The notes beneath the pieces are model-generated. The model was not told the DNA's origin and did no database searches. It saw only the letters and a list, made by a program, of their open reading frames with translations. Positions 49,248 through 64,000 of a DNA stretch of 64,000 nucleotides are shown piece after piece (positions within the stretch are counted from its first letter, which is position 1; every line of letters starts with the position of its first letter). A program made the position numbers and the translations under genes. Source of the stretch: Eledone cirrhosa. Lineage: Eukaryota. The DNA lies in assembly GCA_964016885.1 (NCBI GenBank), contig OZ024741.1:87730001-87794000 (forward strand). The letters are read 5' to 3'.

Positions 49248-50241
49248 GGGCATTTCTCTGTTTGTCTGTCTGTCTGTCTGTCCTTCCCTAAAACTCAAAT
49301 GTAGGTGCTACAGAAATATTACCTTCCCATTCCTTTCTCCACTTTGGTACTACCAAGAGAAACACTGTCGCTATGGAAACATTACCTTCCCCTCTTCACT
49401 GACTTTGATCACTGAGGCCGAGGGAATCGCTGGTTGCTATAGAGACACCTTGCACAAGCCAGAAGTAACCAGTTCGAGGCGGTTCTGACTTGACACCATG
49501 CCAAGTCTACTTATAATATATAATGGGCATTTCTCTGTTTGTTTGTCTGTCTGTCCGTCTGTAAAAAATGCCAAGGAAACAAATAGACGCGGTTTCAAAT
49601 CTCTATGCTTTTCAAATTCATTACATTAATCTTTATTTATACGTTTCGCTTTACGAGTGTTTCGACTTACGAGTGTTTCGGCTTACGAGTGTTTCGGCTT
49701 ATCATTATATATAAACGTTTCTATTTCCATCGTTTTATCGTAAACGTTTATATATTTCCATCGTTATATCATAACGTTTATGTATCATAACGCTTATATT
49801 TCCGTCACTAATCTCTTTTTCTCCTTTTTCGTTTTAACGTATATTTATTTCAAAAATTTCACCGTATAGATAACATATATATTTATACATGCATAAAAGA
49901 CACACCGAGAGACGGTGAAAATGTGGTGCCGAAAACATTTCTCATCCAAATCTCAACAATATCAGTATATACACTAGATTTGCTAGCAGAAAACCGCCCA
50001 CCGGGTGGTTTTCTGCTAGTATATATATATAATTCTTTATCTCTCTTCTTGTCTGTCTGTTCCTATGCATTCTCAAACGGCTGGACCAAATCAAATCAAA
50101 TTTTACAAGGTGATAGTATTAGACCCCAGGAGTGTCAACATGTAATTTTTATTTTCATTTGGATTAAAACAATATAACACTTTATCTAAAATAACATTTC
50201 TATAGTGAACCATAGTAAACAACCACCACGACGTCACATTT

Positions 50242-50339
<98 letters not shown>

Positions 50340-51563
50340 AGTGTATGTGTGTGTGTGTATGCGTGTGTCTGTATAAGTGAGTGTATGTGTGATAATTTTT
50401 ATTTTCATTTGGATTATGAATATGTATGTGTCTGTAGGTACGTTATTAAATACACGCACACATCTACACGTGTAGCTACTGACAGAAAAATGAGGTGAAA
50501 TGCTCTGCGTGAATGTATGTCCGTATGTCTTAGTATATGTATTTGCGTGAGTGTGTAGCAACAATTTATTCATTTGGATACCAACAAGAAATTACACAAT
50601 GAATATTGTTTACCCTAAGGTGCTTCAAGATTGACAGATTTTCATTTCTAAATTCTATTATCATAACAATTTTGATATTTTTAAAATAAAATATAGATAT
50701 TCTGAAATAATTATGAGAAAAAAAAACATATCTTCATATTTATTGTTTACTAATCTGAATAAGAACAGCAGTAACCCAGGCAACGCCAGGTAATTCAGCT
50801 AGTCTATATATCTAAAACAGAGAATGTCTGTCTGTCTGTCTGTCAGCTCACTAAAACTTGAGAACCACCCAACCGATTGTTTTCAAACTTTACACATGTA
50901 ACCTTTATGGTCCTGTGAGTGTTTTGAGCAAAATATATTTCAAATTTGTAATGCCCTAGGGACCGCATTAGGCGATTTAGTGATCTCTCTCTATAATTCT
51001 TAGTCTTTCTTTTTAGATAGATACATAGATATAACGTTGCGCCCTTATAATATCTGTCTGTATGTTTGGCTGTCTGCATTACGTCATTATGACGCGATCG
51101 GTGTGTGTGTGTGTGTGGGTGTGTATATATATGTATCGTAATGCATACAGCAAGACATATAGCTTTCCTTCCCCTCTTCCAGCATCTCTCTCTCCCGCTA
51201 TCCCCCTCTTTTAGTCTGTCTGTTTCTTTCACTCTCACTCTTTCTCTTTATAACTCACTCACATTAATACTAAAGGGTTAAGGTATTGTTCTCAAAATAA
51301 ATAATATTAAATCTATGAGATTTTTATATTATGTGAGATAAAGCCTTTACAATGAAAATAATATAGTATATATAGAGTAATGTAAATGCTAAAGGGTTAA
51401 TTCCATCAGACCATGTGAGAAAGTTTATAATCACTGACGCACACATACACACGCATACAAACGCACACAAACTCAAACACACACGCGCGCACGTACACAC
51501 ACACTCAATAGTTATTCCACTGTCATGTATCTTTGACGCATACAACTCTCAAAAGACGGCGGC

Positions 51564-51632
<69 letters not shown>

Positions 51633-52400
51633 CCGCTATCCCCCTCTTTTAGTCTGTCTGTTTCTTTCACTCTCACTCTTTCTCTCTGTAACTCGTTCAC
51701 ATTTCTACCCTCTATCGAAAAACGCTGTGACGAATGGGAGAAGGAGGAGGAGTAGAGAGCCATTTCTTCACTTCGCCTCTCCGTTTCTTTCTCTCCCCTC
51801 TCACTCCCTCATTATGTACAGACATTGGCCACTTCACTAATTCGATCCCTAGGTCAGAATAATTTGAAATTTTTTTTTTGCTCAAAACACTTCCGGGGCC
51901 ATACGGGTTACATGTGTAAAGTTTGAAAAAAACGGTTAGGTACTTATCGAGTTTTAGGGAAACAGACACACAGACAGACATCCTCTGTTTTATATATATA
52001 GATATTCTTTTGCCAGGGAACGTCTTCACGAACCAAAGTATCGTCTTCCTGTCTTCCTTCGGCTGCAACGCTTTTCGAAATATTTACATCTGCATCCAAA
52101 AATTGATTTATTTAGTTTCAGAAGATCCCGTTAAAGGTGAAAGCAGCGATTCTTTGCTTAAATTTTAATATGTTATTTTAATATAGATATTCGTGTACAG
52201 ATATTTTTGCATAGACAAACACAAAATATAAACAAAAAAGGCCGGCGATTACATAATCACATGCATCACTGACAGATATTTTTGCATACACAAAAACATT
52301 TCGAAATATTTACTTCTGCGTTCACAGATTGATTTTTTTTTAGTTTCAGAAGATCCCGTTATGGGTGAAAGCAGCGATTCTTTGCTTAAACTTTAATCTG

Positions 52401-52462
<62 letters not shown>

Positions 52463-52719
52463 GTGTACAGATATTTTTGCATACACAATAACAAAACATA
52501 TTTTTGCATACACAATAACAAAATATAAGCAAACGTATTTATTTCACGAGGTTCGATAAGGATACATATATATCAAATATATAAGAACCCTAGAGCAAAT
52601 CCCGAGCAACGCCGGGCCATTCTGCTAGTAATTTACTATAATGAATACAATTATATTTCCTTTGTAGATATATGAGGCATATGACCAGATCTTTTCATTA
52701 TTATGATAAGAACAGCATT

Positions 52720-52730
52720 TCTTCTTCTTC

Positions 52731-52796
<66 letters not shown>

Positions 52797-53340
52797 TTTG
52801 CCTACTTGAAGGGTCCTCAAACCCGTCTTCCAGCGAGTCCTGTCAGAAGAAAATGTCTCGAATTGATCTGGTTGAATCCCCAAGTAAGACCAGCTGAGTA
52901 CATGGATGTTATGCGACTATCTTGCTCAGGGTTTATCCTTGGGCCTATTGCCGGTTTGGTTTTTGCCTATAAAATATGTCCAGCGATTCTTTCCCGAGGC
53001 ATTCTGACTACATGTCCTATCGGAACTGTGTTCTCTCAATTTGGAAAAGTTACGACTCTCTGATCTTTGAGGTATGTAATCTATCGAGTAACGTTACTCT
53101 AAAGAGCCCCCGGAGGAACCTCATTTCGGTCGCTTATATTCGCGATTGTGTTCTTTCAGTCATTACCCAAGATTCACGACCATAGGTAAGGATTGGCATG
53201 AAGACCGAATTGACGATAGCGAGTTTGGCTTTTACACCGACTTCCTTTCTGATGACTGAATGCTGAAGTTGGTGCATTATTGCTCCACCCCCTGCAATTC
53301 TTGCACTTAATTCAGCCTCTTGTAACGAATCGAGCATATC
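52720..53340 (-). mobile_element. RTE-type LINE 3' fragment with (AAT)n(AAG)n tail
   Basis: KLAIVNSVFMPILTYGRESWVMT on the - strand; (TTA)n at 52731-52796. Confidence 0.7.
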
Positions 53341-54094
53341 TAGTTTTTAAAGTAAAGTTTCTTATCTGAACTAATGATCTAGGACTACGATGATACAAGA
53401 GATGACCATAGGTTGTAGCTTTTGTTTCCTTGTATATGGTTTTAGAGATTTCTTTTGGTTATGGTAATATTTTGTTCAAGGTGCGTTTGGATTTTGATCT
53501 GTGCAAGGGTTATGCAACGTGCAACTTTTATAGTTTTATTGAGTGCAAGCCATGTTCTGCACACACAGTTTCATGTACCATTCCAGAATCATTGAAATGG
53601 ATTTCTTCTCGAAGTATTATGAGGATAAGCACACATGGTAAACCTCTTTTCGGAACCCTGTTGTATAATTGAAAGCTAAGTGTTTCCAAATATTTCTCTT
53701 TGTATTTCCATCCAGTAAAGCTCGTAGGTTCAGGTTAAAACACTCGCAACTAAATCTGGTTTGTCTGACGTTAGTTGTGGTAAAAAGTTGTTCTCTGGAA
53801 ATTCAGGACACTTAACATTACTAATCATATTAACAAAAAGATGAGAAGAGTATATTTTCATACAACTATATAATCATGGTATGTTTTCTCATATGTCTTG
53901 CTGTGTCTTGGAAAGAAAGTGGCGAAATTACTGTTCGGCTAATTTGCCTTAAAAAAAAAAATTAAAACAGGGCATAGGTTGTTTTTTTTACTGTTTAGTG
54001 AGAGTGTGGGCACTATCCATGACATTTTACAGGAATTTCGAGACTGGTGGGTGAAAGTCAGAACGCTATTCTTAAATCGGAGACCTGGCTTTTA

Positions 54095-54468
54095 TGCTGG
54101 CAACGAAGTGGACTTTGCTAAAGAGAGCCAATGTAACAAATGTGGCGTTAAAACGGACGACGGATTGAGTATACTACCCCAGTCGATAATAATGGGATTT
54201 GAAATCAAAACGCGGAGATCAGGAAAAAATAACACAAAGTATTTTGTCCTACGTTCATAAGATTTTGTCAATCCACTACCTATAACTCTGCCAATCCGCT
54301 GCCTACTACTCTGCCAATTGACTGCCCACGACCCTGCCAATTTACTGCCTATTACTCTGCCAATTCCTTGTCTATGACTCTGTCAATTCGCTGCCTATTA
54401 CTCTGCCAATTTACTGCCTTTGACTCTGCCAATTCACTGCCTATGGTTCTGCCAATTTACTGCCAATT
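54095..54468 (-). mobile_element. Diverged SINE whose ~25-bp head is tandemly amplified (54270-54468)
   Basis: About eight units of actctgccaattYRctgcctat, the reverse complement of the SINE head taggcggcggattggcagagt. Confidence 0.7.
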
Positions 54469-54740
54469 AAACGAGAAAAATCCCATAGAAAACACAACTT
54501 AAGCTGTTAATAAAGACTTTTAACAATGTAACTAATAAAATACCCGATATAAACACGCAATTTTAATCTAATAAAGAACAAGTAATTTTAACAAAATAAA
54601 AATTTAAAAATAAAATTAAAATAATGATACTAACATACATTTTAATCTGTTGATTAACGAATAATTTGAACAAAGAAAAATAACAAAATACAAAATACAA
54701 CCACACATTGTTTTATTTTTGCATCATTGATATGCCACAT

Positions 54741-54900
54741 TAGGCGGCGAATTGGCAAAGCCGTTACTACGTCAGATAAAATTATTTGCAGCATTAGTTT
54801 CTGTTCTCTGCGCTCTAAGTTCAAATTCAACAGAAGTCAACTTCATCTTTCATCCTTTCGAAGTCGATAAAAAAGTACCCATCCAGTCCTGGGATCGATT
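54741..54900 (+). mobile_element. SINE (diverged)
   Basis: taggcggcgaattggc head and aagttcaaattc box. Confidence 0.7.
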
Positions 54901-55290
54901 TTTCCCCTATATATCTTTCTCACTACCCCCACTCTGTCTCTCTTTCTATGGAAGAAATCGACTGTGTTTAGACCTGGAAAGGGGATGGATTCCGTCATGT
55001 TTAAAATGACCAGAACATGCTGTATGTCGTTAAGGCGTGCCAAGGACTCTATCAGGAGTTACGAGTCTATGCATGCATACATATTGTACTTGTGCAGTCG
55101 TCAATAAACAAACTGTTGCAGATATGTAGCGAACAACCCATCTGATGTTCTTCACATTGCTCTATATTTACATTTGGCAGTTGACTATGTCTTCTAGAAT
55201 TATTTTAGTCTGAAGCTCAGTATTCACCGAATCAACAAACGCCAGGGATTGACCGAACAGGGAGCTATAGGAAAAGAAATTATTCTTTTT

Positions 55291-55460
55291 AACATTGGCT
55301 CAAGGCCAGCAATTTGGAGGAAGAGGAAAGTCAATTATAATGACCCCAGTACTTAACTGGTACTTTATGTTATCGAACCTGGAAGAATGAAAGGCAAAGT
55401 TGACCTCGATGGGATTTGAACTTAGAACAGGAACTAATATAGCAAATAATATTATCCGAC
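55291..55460 (-). mobile_element. SINE (diverged)
   Basis: aaggccagcaatt...gaaaggcaaagttgacctcgatgggatttgaact. Confidence 0.7.
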
Positions 55461-55486
55461 GAAGTATATATGTGTGTGTGTGTGTG

Positions 55487-55785
55487 TAGGGGAAGGAGTG
55501 TTGGGCCTCAGTCGTTTCCAACGGTGGGTGTTCCAGGATATTCAATCAAAGGGACAGCCTGTTCGTAAAATTAACGTGCGAGTGGCTGAACATTCCACAG
55601 ATACGTATACCATTAATGTAATTTCTAGAGACATTCAACATGACACGGTGTGCAACAAGACTGACCCTTTGAACTTCAGGCGTAACTCAATTTTTTTCCA
55701 ACTGAGTGGATTAGAGCAACGTGAAATAAAGTGTCTTGTTGAAGGACAAAACGCTTCGCAGGAAATCGAAATCATGATCTTATAA
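55487..55785 (-). mobile_element. Second SINE family copy
   Basis: Reverse complement of the motifs at 37019-37170. Confidence 0.55.
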
Positions 55786-57235
55786 GGCGAAAAATTAAAA
55801 ATCTTTGTGGTGTTTGTACTATTTCTTTGTGTGCTGAGTTCAAATGTTGCTGAGGTAAATTTATCATTTATTCTTTCAGGGTCGATAAATAAAGTGCTAT
55901 TCTGGAGTCATAGTTTGGCAGGATTGTTATAGTATCAGACGGTGTTCTTTACCCTTGGCGTTTTGAGCTCAACTGCGACGACACAGGGACCAAGCAGTGT
56001 CGACCCTTGGGTTTCCCTTGGACAAAATTGGTGATGTGGAGAGGAGAGGCTGTTGGTCGGCTCTTTGGAAAAAATCTTTTTAAATACATGATCATTCATG
56101 ACCGATGGGTGCATTTTTTTACACACGCGCTCTCACACGTACACAAACATACACTCACCCGCACACAAACTGATATACACGCATGCACACGTGTGTGTTG
56201 TCTATATCTATTTATGTGTGAGTGTATCTTTCCGCCATGTGTATCGGAGAAAGATGTAAACACCGGTTTTATATAAGCAAACCGTTGCTTTCAAAGGAAG
56301 TCTCTTGTGACATATATATTCCTCCCTGGTTGTGCAGAAAATCTCTTGTTATTCTCGCTAGTGACCCATGCTATATTCCCCACAAAATGTTATATAAAAT
56401 AAATTAATATAAAATAAACATTCTCTAATGAAAGAACTACGCAATGAAAACCAGAATTTATTAAACTGACTATTCTTCTTCCATTTGAACCAAAAATTTA
56501 CAAAGTAATTGATATGCTCTTTCCTGCTTTAAACAATTCTGTCCATTATGTATACACCATTAATATTCTGTATGTGTGGTTGTATATACAGACACACATA
56601 CACATGCTTTGAAGAGGATCTTTCAAAAGAGATAATCAAACATGATCGATGTGTGTGTTTTTTTCTACACACACACACACATGCGCGTGCATGCACAAAA
56701 CGCACACACACACACATGCGCACACGCAAACATACACACACGCACATACACACTCTCACATGTAATTATTTCCTTGAGTATTTGTTGTTATTCTATGTCC
56801 AATTTCTACACTTTGTACAATGCCCTTTCAAATTCTAATGATAATAGCTGCCGTTCTGAGACAATGAATTCCAGATATATCGACTCGTGGTGCTTTTATA
56901 CAATGACCATAGATTCCTTATAAATATATATATATATACTATCAGAAAAACAACCAGAAGGGTGGTTTTCTGATATCATGTGTAGTGTGAATATTGATAT
57001 TATACACAAATATATATGCATGTAGATATTCCTCTAACCGGAAGTGTTGACATTTGAAAATGTTAAAGAGCTGAATCTTTAAATAAGCTATAAAATATAT
57101 TTAATCAACAGCCACGAAATTTAGCACATAAATTATGTAATATTCATTCATTGTTTATTCTAAGTAATCCAAATTATTTTACAAATGGGGTAAAAAAATA
57201 TATTCTGGACGCAGTCCCGCACTCCTTTCTTTATT

Positions 57236-57312
<77 letters not shown>

Positions 57313-57317
57313 ATATA

Positions 57318-57475
57318 CAGTGAAATTCCGTTATAACGGAATTCACGGGATATAAAAATATTCGTTGTAACGAAAAATTCTTTATAACGAGATCGACCGA
57401 GACAAATCGAGTGTTTGTTCGGGGATTGAAAAAAAATTCGTTATAATGGTATTCGTTATAACGGAATTTTACCTG
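57318..57475. mobile_element. Tc1/mariner-pogo-type MITE
   Basis: TA|cagtgaaattccgttataacg ... cgttataacggaattttacctg|TA, with internal cgttataacg repeats. Confidence 0.75.
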
Positions 57476-57649
57476 TATATATATATATATGGATATATAT
57501 GTGGATAATTACATGCATACATTTATTTTTTTTAATTAATTGAGTTCTTTACACGAGGAATTGATATTGGTTTTGTAATAACTAATTAACCCGCGTGTGT
57601 TTTATATTTTACTCTTAATTCGGCCGGAGATTTACATTCCCATTTGCCC

Positions 57650-58120
57650 TTTAAAGCATAACTTTCCGTATTTACTACGGTTACGAGATGCGGTTTCTTA
57701 TTCAGGTACAACCTCTGATTTTAGCCTAAGAAAATATCTATATGCATGTGTAATTTATATCTTTTTGATTTCCATGTGTCTAACACACGTGGAATTGCCA
57801 ACAAAGTCAGAAAACAGCACAGCTCCCATGACTTTCGGAAACATTTTTTCACGCTCAGAGTTACTGAAGCATGGAACAAACTACATCAGTTATTAGCTGT
57901 CGAGACACTACATCCTTTAAAACCTCCATGCTTCCTGAGATTCGCCAACACTATACCTGATATCCCCCCTCCATACACACGCACACATGTATTTCATGAC
58001 TCGTACACTGTTCCTTTTCCTGACATTTGTACGTTATTCTAAGTACTATACATGCACCTTTGATGAGTTGTAGTGCACCTGAGCACTGTACACAATAATT
58101 TCGTTATTATTATTATTATT
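57650..58120 (+). mobile_element. CR1-clade LINE 3' end with short (TTA)n tail
   Basis: NTRGIANKVRKQ...RKHFFTLRVTEAWNKL, a typical CR1 ORF2 C-terminus. Confidence 0.7.
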
Positions 58121-58459
58121 TAATATGTGTTTCAACATATGATTTCACGTCAAGAATCTTGCAAAACATATACAAAAAAGAAAGATAAATAGATAAACTG
58201 GCAGACAGAAGAATAACTACATGGACTGAAAGACGAACGTATGGGTAGACATATAGAGAGGGAGGTAGATGCAGAAGCAGACAGACGGAGATACAAAAAG
58301 GAGCCTTGTTTTGCGCATGCGCTGACTACCTGACATCAGTTAAATCTTGCTCAATCCGAAGCATGCGTTCTTGGAAGGCATGGCAGACATTTTTAGACTT
58401 GAATTAAAAAAATGTATCTTCTTCTCCCACTTATTCCTGAGAGGGCCGTGGAGGCAGAG

Positions 58460-58460
58460 T

Positions 58461-58521
<61 letters not shown>

Positions 58522-58555
58522 CGCAGCATCGAACACCTTACTACTACTACTACTA

Positions 58556-58644
<89 letters not shown>

Positions 58645-58675
58645 CGCAGCATCGAACACCTTACTACTACTACTA

Positions 58676-58743
<68 letters not shown>

Positions 58744-59000
58744 TTGTTGTGAAAGAGTCATTTCTCAATCTTGGCGCAAAACCAATTTTTTATCCACATG
58801 ACCTCTACCGACCAATCAAAATTGTTTTGACCATAATTTTTGCTGGAGCCACTTTTCTAACATTTTAACATAAAAACAGTCTTGGCGCAAAATCAACTTT
58901 TTACATTCACATGACCTCTACCGACCAATCAAAATTGTTTTGACCACAAGCATTTTTGCAACACAAAAATAACGCTGGAGCCATTTTTTTAACATAAAAA
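58460..59000. repeat. Duplicated compound microsatellite ((AC)n(AT)n-ttgtcgcagcatcgaacacct-(TAC)n) and an adjacent ~115-bp tandem duplication
   Basis: Read directly. Confidence 0.8.
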
Positions 59001-59219
59001 CAGGTAGAATTCCCAAAACTAATCAGATCAGAGCAAACAGCACGGACACTCTATCTCAAAATTATTTTTGAAAAGCATTTAGAAATGCGCAACCGGTAAA
59101 AACTTAAAAACTTTAAACCACAACTGAATACTAACCCATACAATCACTAATACTCTTTTATTCCTAATTAAACCATTTTTCAACTGTGAACAATTTGTCA
59201 GCATTTTCTATTCCGTTTA

Positions 59220-59293
<74 letters not shown>

Positions 59294-59689
59294 TATATAA
59301 TGACTGTTCACACTATATGCGAATGAGCATAACCAGTCGATTTTTCATACGCCAAATCCATATAAGTTTTAGCATATTTTGTTTTAGTAGCGAGTGAGTA
59401 AATGTCACTGATGACGGATAAAAATCCAGAAACAGCCCCTTGGCATGGTCACCGTTACTGCGATAGTTGGGACATGATCACAGCTTATAAAAAAAATGCA
59501 TAGCCATACTCTCTTATTATACATAACATATCGTATATGGTTTCATATACAACCCTATGATGAAGCCCATTATGTGTGTGCCACTTCTAATATATATATA
59601 TATATCCGTACATATATATATATATATACACACACATATATACATACACACACACGTTTAAATATATAAATATATATGTATATATATAC

Positions 59690-59754
<65 letters not shown>

Positions 59755-59759
<5 letters not shown>

Positions 59760-60046
59760 GTAATCTGAGTTTTTCGAATATTAATAATAACATTCGATTC
59801 GTTTGCAATAACGCAAACAAGCCTCAATTTTATAGCCATGTCAATAGAATGAACCCTTCATTCTTGCTCTTGTGTTGGTATGATAAAGGGTGATACCCAG
59901 AAACATTAGTATCTGCAGTTCTGTTCACATGCCAACACACGAGCAAGAATGAAGGGTTCATTCTATTGACATGGCTATAAAATTGAGGCTTGTTTGCGTA
60001 ATTGCAAACGAATAGAATGTTATTATAAAACCTAGATTACATTTAT
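59755..60046. repeat. Long inverted repeat (arms about 125 bp, spacer about 50 bp); MITE or foldback-like
   Basis: taaatgtaatct...cttgctcttgtgttgg / ccaacacacgagcaag...agattacattta. Confidence 0.85.
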
Positions 60047-60246
60047 TGTATTCAGCCATGTAGAGCGAAAAATTTTCTTTTATATATATATATATATTTA
60101 TTAAAATAACAGATTAAAGTTAAGCAAAGAATCGCAGCTTTCACCCTTAACGGGATCTTCTGAAACTCAGAACTATTTGATATATATTTATCCTTATCGA
60201 GCCCTCTTTGGATTTTAGTCTTCACATTTATTATTATTACTATTAT

Positions 60247-60289
<43 letters not shown>

Positions 60290-60296
<7 letters not shown>

Positions 60297-61115
60297 ATGT
60301 ATACGTACATACATATATGTATACAGACGTACAGTAGTATGTATACATATATACATGCACACATATATATATGCACGTATCGGTTTACCGAACATTTATT
60401 ATAATGCTCGGTTTGTTTGTTTGTAAACAAACAAACAGCCCGAATTACGCCGTACAGTGTTTAGGCAACCACGTCACCTTTTTGTTCAACACTGACACAG
60501 GAACGATGTACTAGTTTCAAGCTTATTAGCTATCGTCAGCATCGTATACCTTCCTGCCAGATGGTTGAACGTCTGAAAGTATATACTTTCCTTATGCATA
60601 TTAACGGCTGAGCAGCCTAATTTGCATATCGAGTGAGTTCAGTCGGCGGGGCACACCGAAAACGATAAATGGAATAGAATGAAACGAAATTTCCTTTCTC
60701 ACTCTTAGTACGGCACTTACTTAAATGTAAGTATGTATGTATACGTACATAAATATATGTATACAGACGTACAGTAGTATGTATATATATACATACATGC
60801 ACACATATATATATGCAAGTATCGGTTTACCGAACATTTATTATAATGCTCGGTTTGTAAACAAACAAACAGCCCGAATTACGCCTACAGTGTTTAGGCA
60901 ACCACGTCACCTTTTTGTTCAATACTGACACAGGAACGACGTACTAATTCGGGCTGTTTGTTTACAAACAAACAAACCGAGCATTATAATAAATGTTCGG
61001 TAAACCGATACGTGCATATATATGTGTGTGCGTGTATGTATATATATACATACTACTGTACGTCTGTATACATATATGTATGTACGTATACATACATGCT
61101 TACATTTAAGTAAGT
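60290..61115. repeat. Dispersed repeat in direct (60290, 60720) and inverted (60946-61112) copies; another copy at 63770-64000
   Basis: Shared ggtttaccgaacatttattataatgctcgg...aaacaaacagcccgaatta block. Confidence 0.8.
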
Positions 61116-61134
61116 TCCAAAGTGGAACATGTGG

Positions 61135-61630
61135 AGAGTATATAGTCACGATTGACGGGGTACACATTCAAGAGGACGCCTGGCCGGGCCACCATGGGTC
61201 ATGGCACCGTGGTTGGGGTGTGCTGTTCTATATGTTTGGGGTATCGGACCGGGCGACCGTGGGCCCCGTGTTAGCCGGTCCCGGCCTAGGCGATGTATCT
61301 GCCCAATGCTGCGTGCTCAGTCAGGTGCGCCCCTGGTTACATATGTTTGCCACACGGGTCGCACAATGTCATCGGGGCTTGGCGTGAGGTCCCCTAATCC
61401 CGTTGGGCCGTTCGGGTCTGTGCGTACCCGTTCCCATGCCCCCGGCCTGCGTCACCCGGAGGATTCCATGCTGCAAATGTGCATCTTCTCTGGTGTCTGC
61501 AGGTCATGATAATTGCAGACTTCAGGTTGACTCCGTCATCTTTCAGTCTGACTATCTTCCAGCCGAATATGCCCTCGCATGGCGAACGATACTCCATTCC
61601 AGGGCGTACGGAGTGCCTTGGTCTTTCAGG
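61135..61630 (-). mobile_element. GC-rich decayed retroelement-like fragment, unclassified
   Basis: Sharp GC island in AT-rich DNA, with weak resemblance to L1/Tx1 C-terminal sequence (AWERVR...DIVRPVW). Confidence 0.3.
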
Positions 61631-62189
61631 TATACACATATACGTAAATACATATAAACGCACGTACACACAAACATACGCATACAATCGTACGGCCACT
61701 CATACAAATACGTATATACATACACGCATGAATATACACAAATACACACACACATATATACAATATTAAGATGAAGTATGCTCTACATGCGGAGAGAGCT
61801 ACTGAACAAACTATCTGAACACTGCCCGAATTGCATGCACAAAAACTTTGCAACTTTCAAATACCTTAAGCCAGTGTTAATGCCAGATGGCTAAAAAAGA
61901 TTCCCTTTTTTTTTTTTAACAAAATACCCACTTCACCTCCTTCCCACCCTACCCCTACCTCCTCTCGACCCGAAACACGGCACTATGGTCATGTAAGTAC
62001 TTCTTACCTATCTGTTCTTTCCGCGTGTAGAGCGTACTTCATCTTCATACTGTATATATGTGTGTGTGTATTTGTGTATATTTATGAGTGTATGTACGTA
62101 CGTATTTGTATGAGTCGCCGTACGATTGTATGCGTATGTTTGTGTGTACGTGCGTTTATATGTATTTACGTATATGTGTATGTGTGTGT

Positions 62190-62190
<1 letters not shown>
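61631..62190. repeat. Inverted repeat pair (61631-61800 / 62012-62190) around a ~210-bp spacer
   Basis: aagatgaagtatgctctacatgcgga vs tccgcgtgtagagcgtacttcatctt, and the flanking arms match. Confidence 0.8.
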
Positions 62191-63790
<1,600 letters not shown>

Positions 63791-64000
63791 ATACATATAT
63801 ATATGTACGTATGGATTCACCGAACATTTATTATAATGCTCGGTGTGTTTGTAAACAAACATCCTGAATTAAGCCGTACAGTGTCTAGCAACCATCGTTG
63901 CTCATTTGTTCAACACTGACAAAGGAACGCTGTACTAGTTTCAAGCTTATTAGCTATCATCAGAACGTATACCTTCCTGCCAGATGATTGAACGTCTGAA

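Larger units (their letters stand above)
47830..52630. mobile_element. Cluster of nested non-autonomous Helitron-like elements
   Basis: 5' ends TCTATA...AAAACAGAGAATGT(CTGT)n at about 47830 and 50803, with related ends at 48340, 49505 and 51990(-). Hairpin-CTAG 3' ends at 48178(-), 50800(+) and 52629(+). 47830-48145 resembles 50803-51110. Confidence 0.62.

Overview
Repeat-dense eukaryotic genomic DNA with no recognisable host gene. The tRNA-type SINE family, RTE/CR1 remnants and long (AT)n/(AC)n microsatellites suggest a coleoid cephalopod, probably Octopus; this is my inference. Positions 1-25200 hold a cluster of about 10 young non-LTR retrotransposons separated almost only by (AAT)n tracts. 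Two R4/Dong-clade RT-RLE families all lie on the + strand, and a Tx1/L1-clade APE-RT family always lies on the - strand. An older Tx1 copy (+) follows at about 25.7-30.9 kb, then a CRE-like 3' remnant and a decayed Helitron Rep/helicase. The rest holds SINEs, non-autonomous Helitron ends, MITEs, RTE/CR1 fragments, large inverted repeats and microsatellites. The main finding is in the Tx1 elements. The ORF1 stop codon sits inside a consensus 5' splice donor (R-codon G|GTAAG), conserved in three divergent copies, and a strong polypyrimidine-CAG acceptor lies 85 nt from the 3' end, so all of ORF2 looks like a spliceosomal intron. Two copies with about 97% identical ORF2 starts carry only about 50% identical ORF1 proteins, and the identity breaks exactly at that donor. 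Coordinates and identities were read by eye and are approximate.
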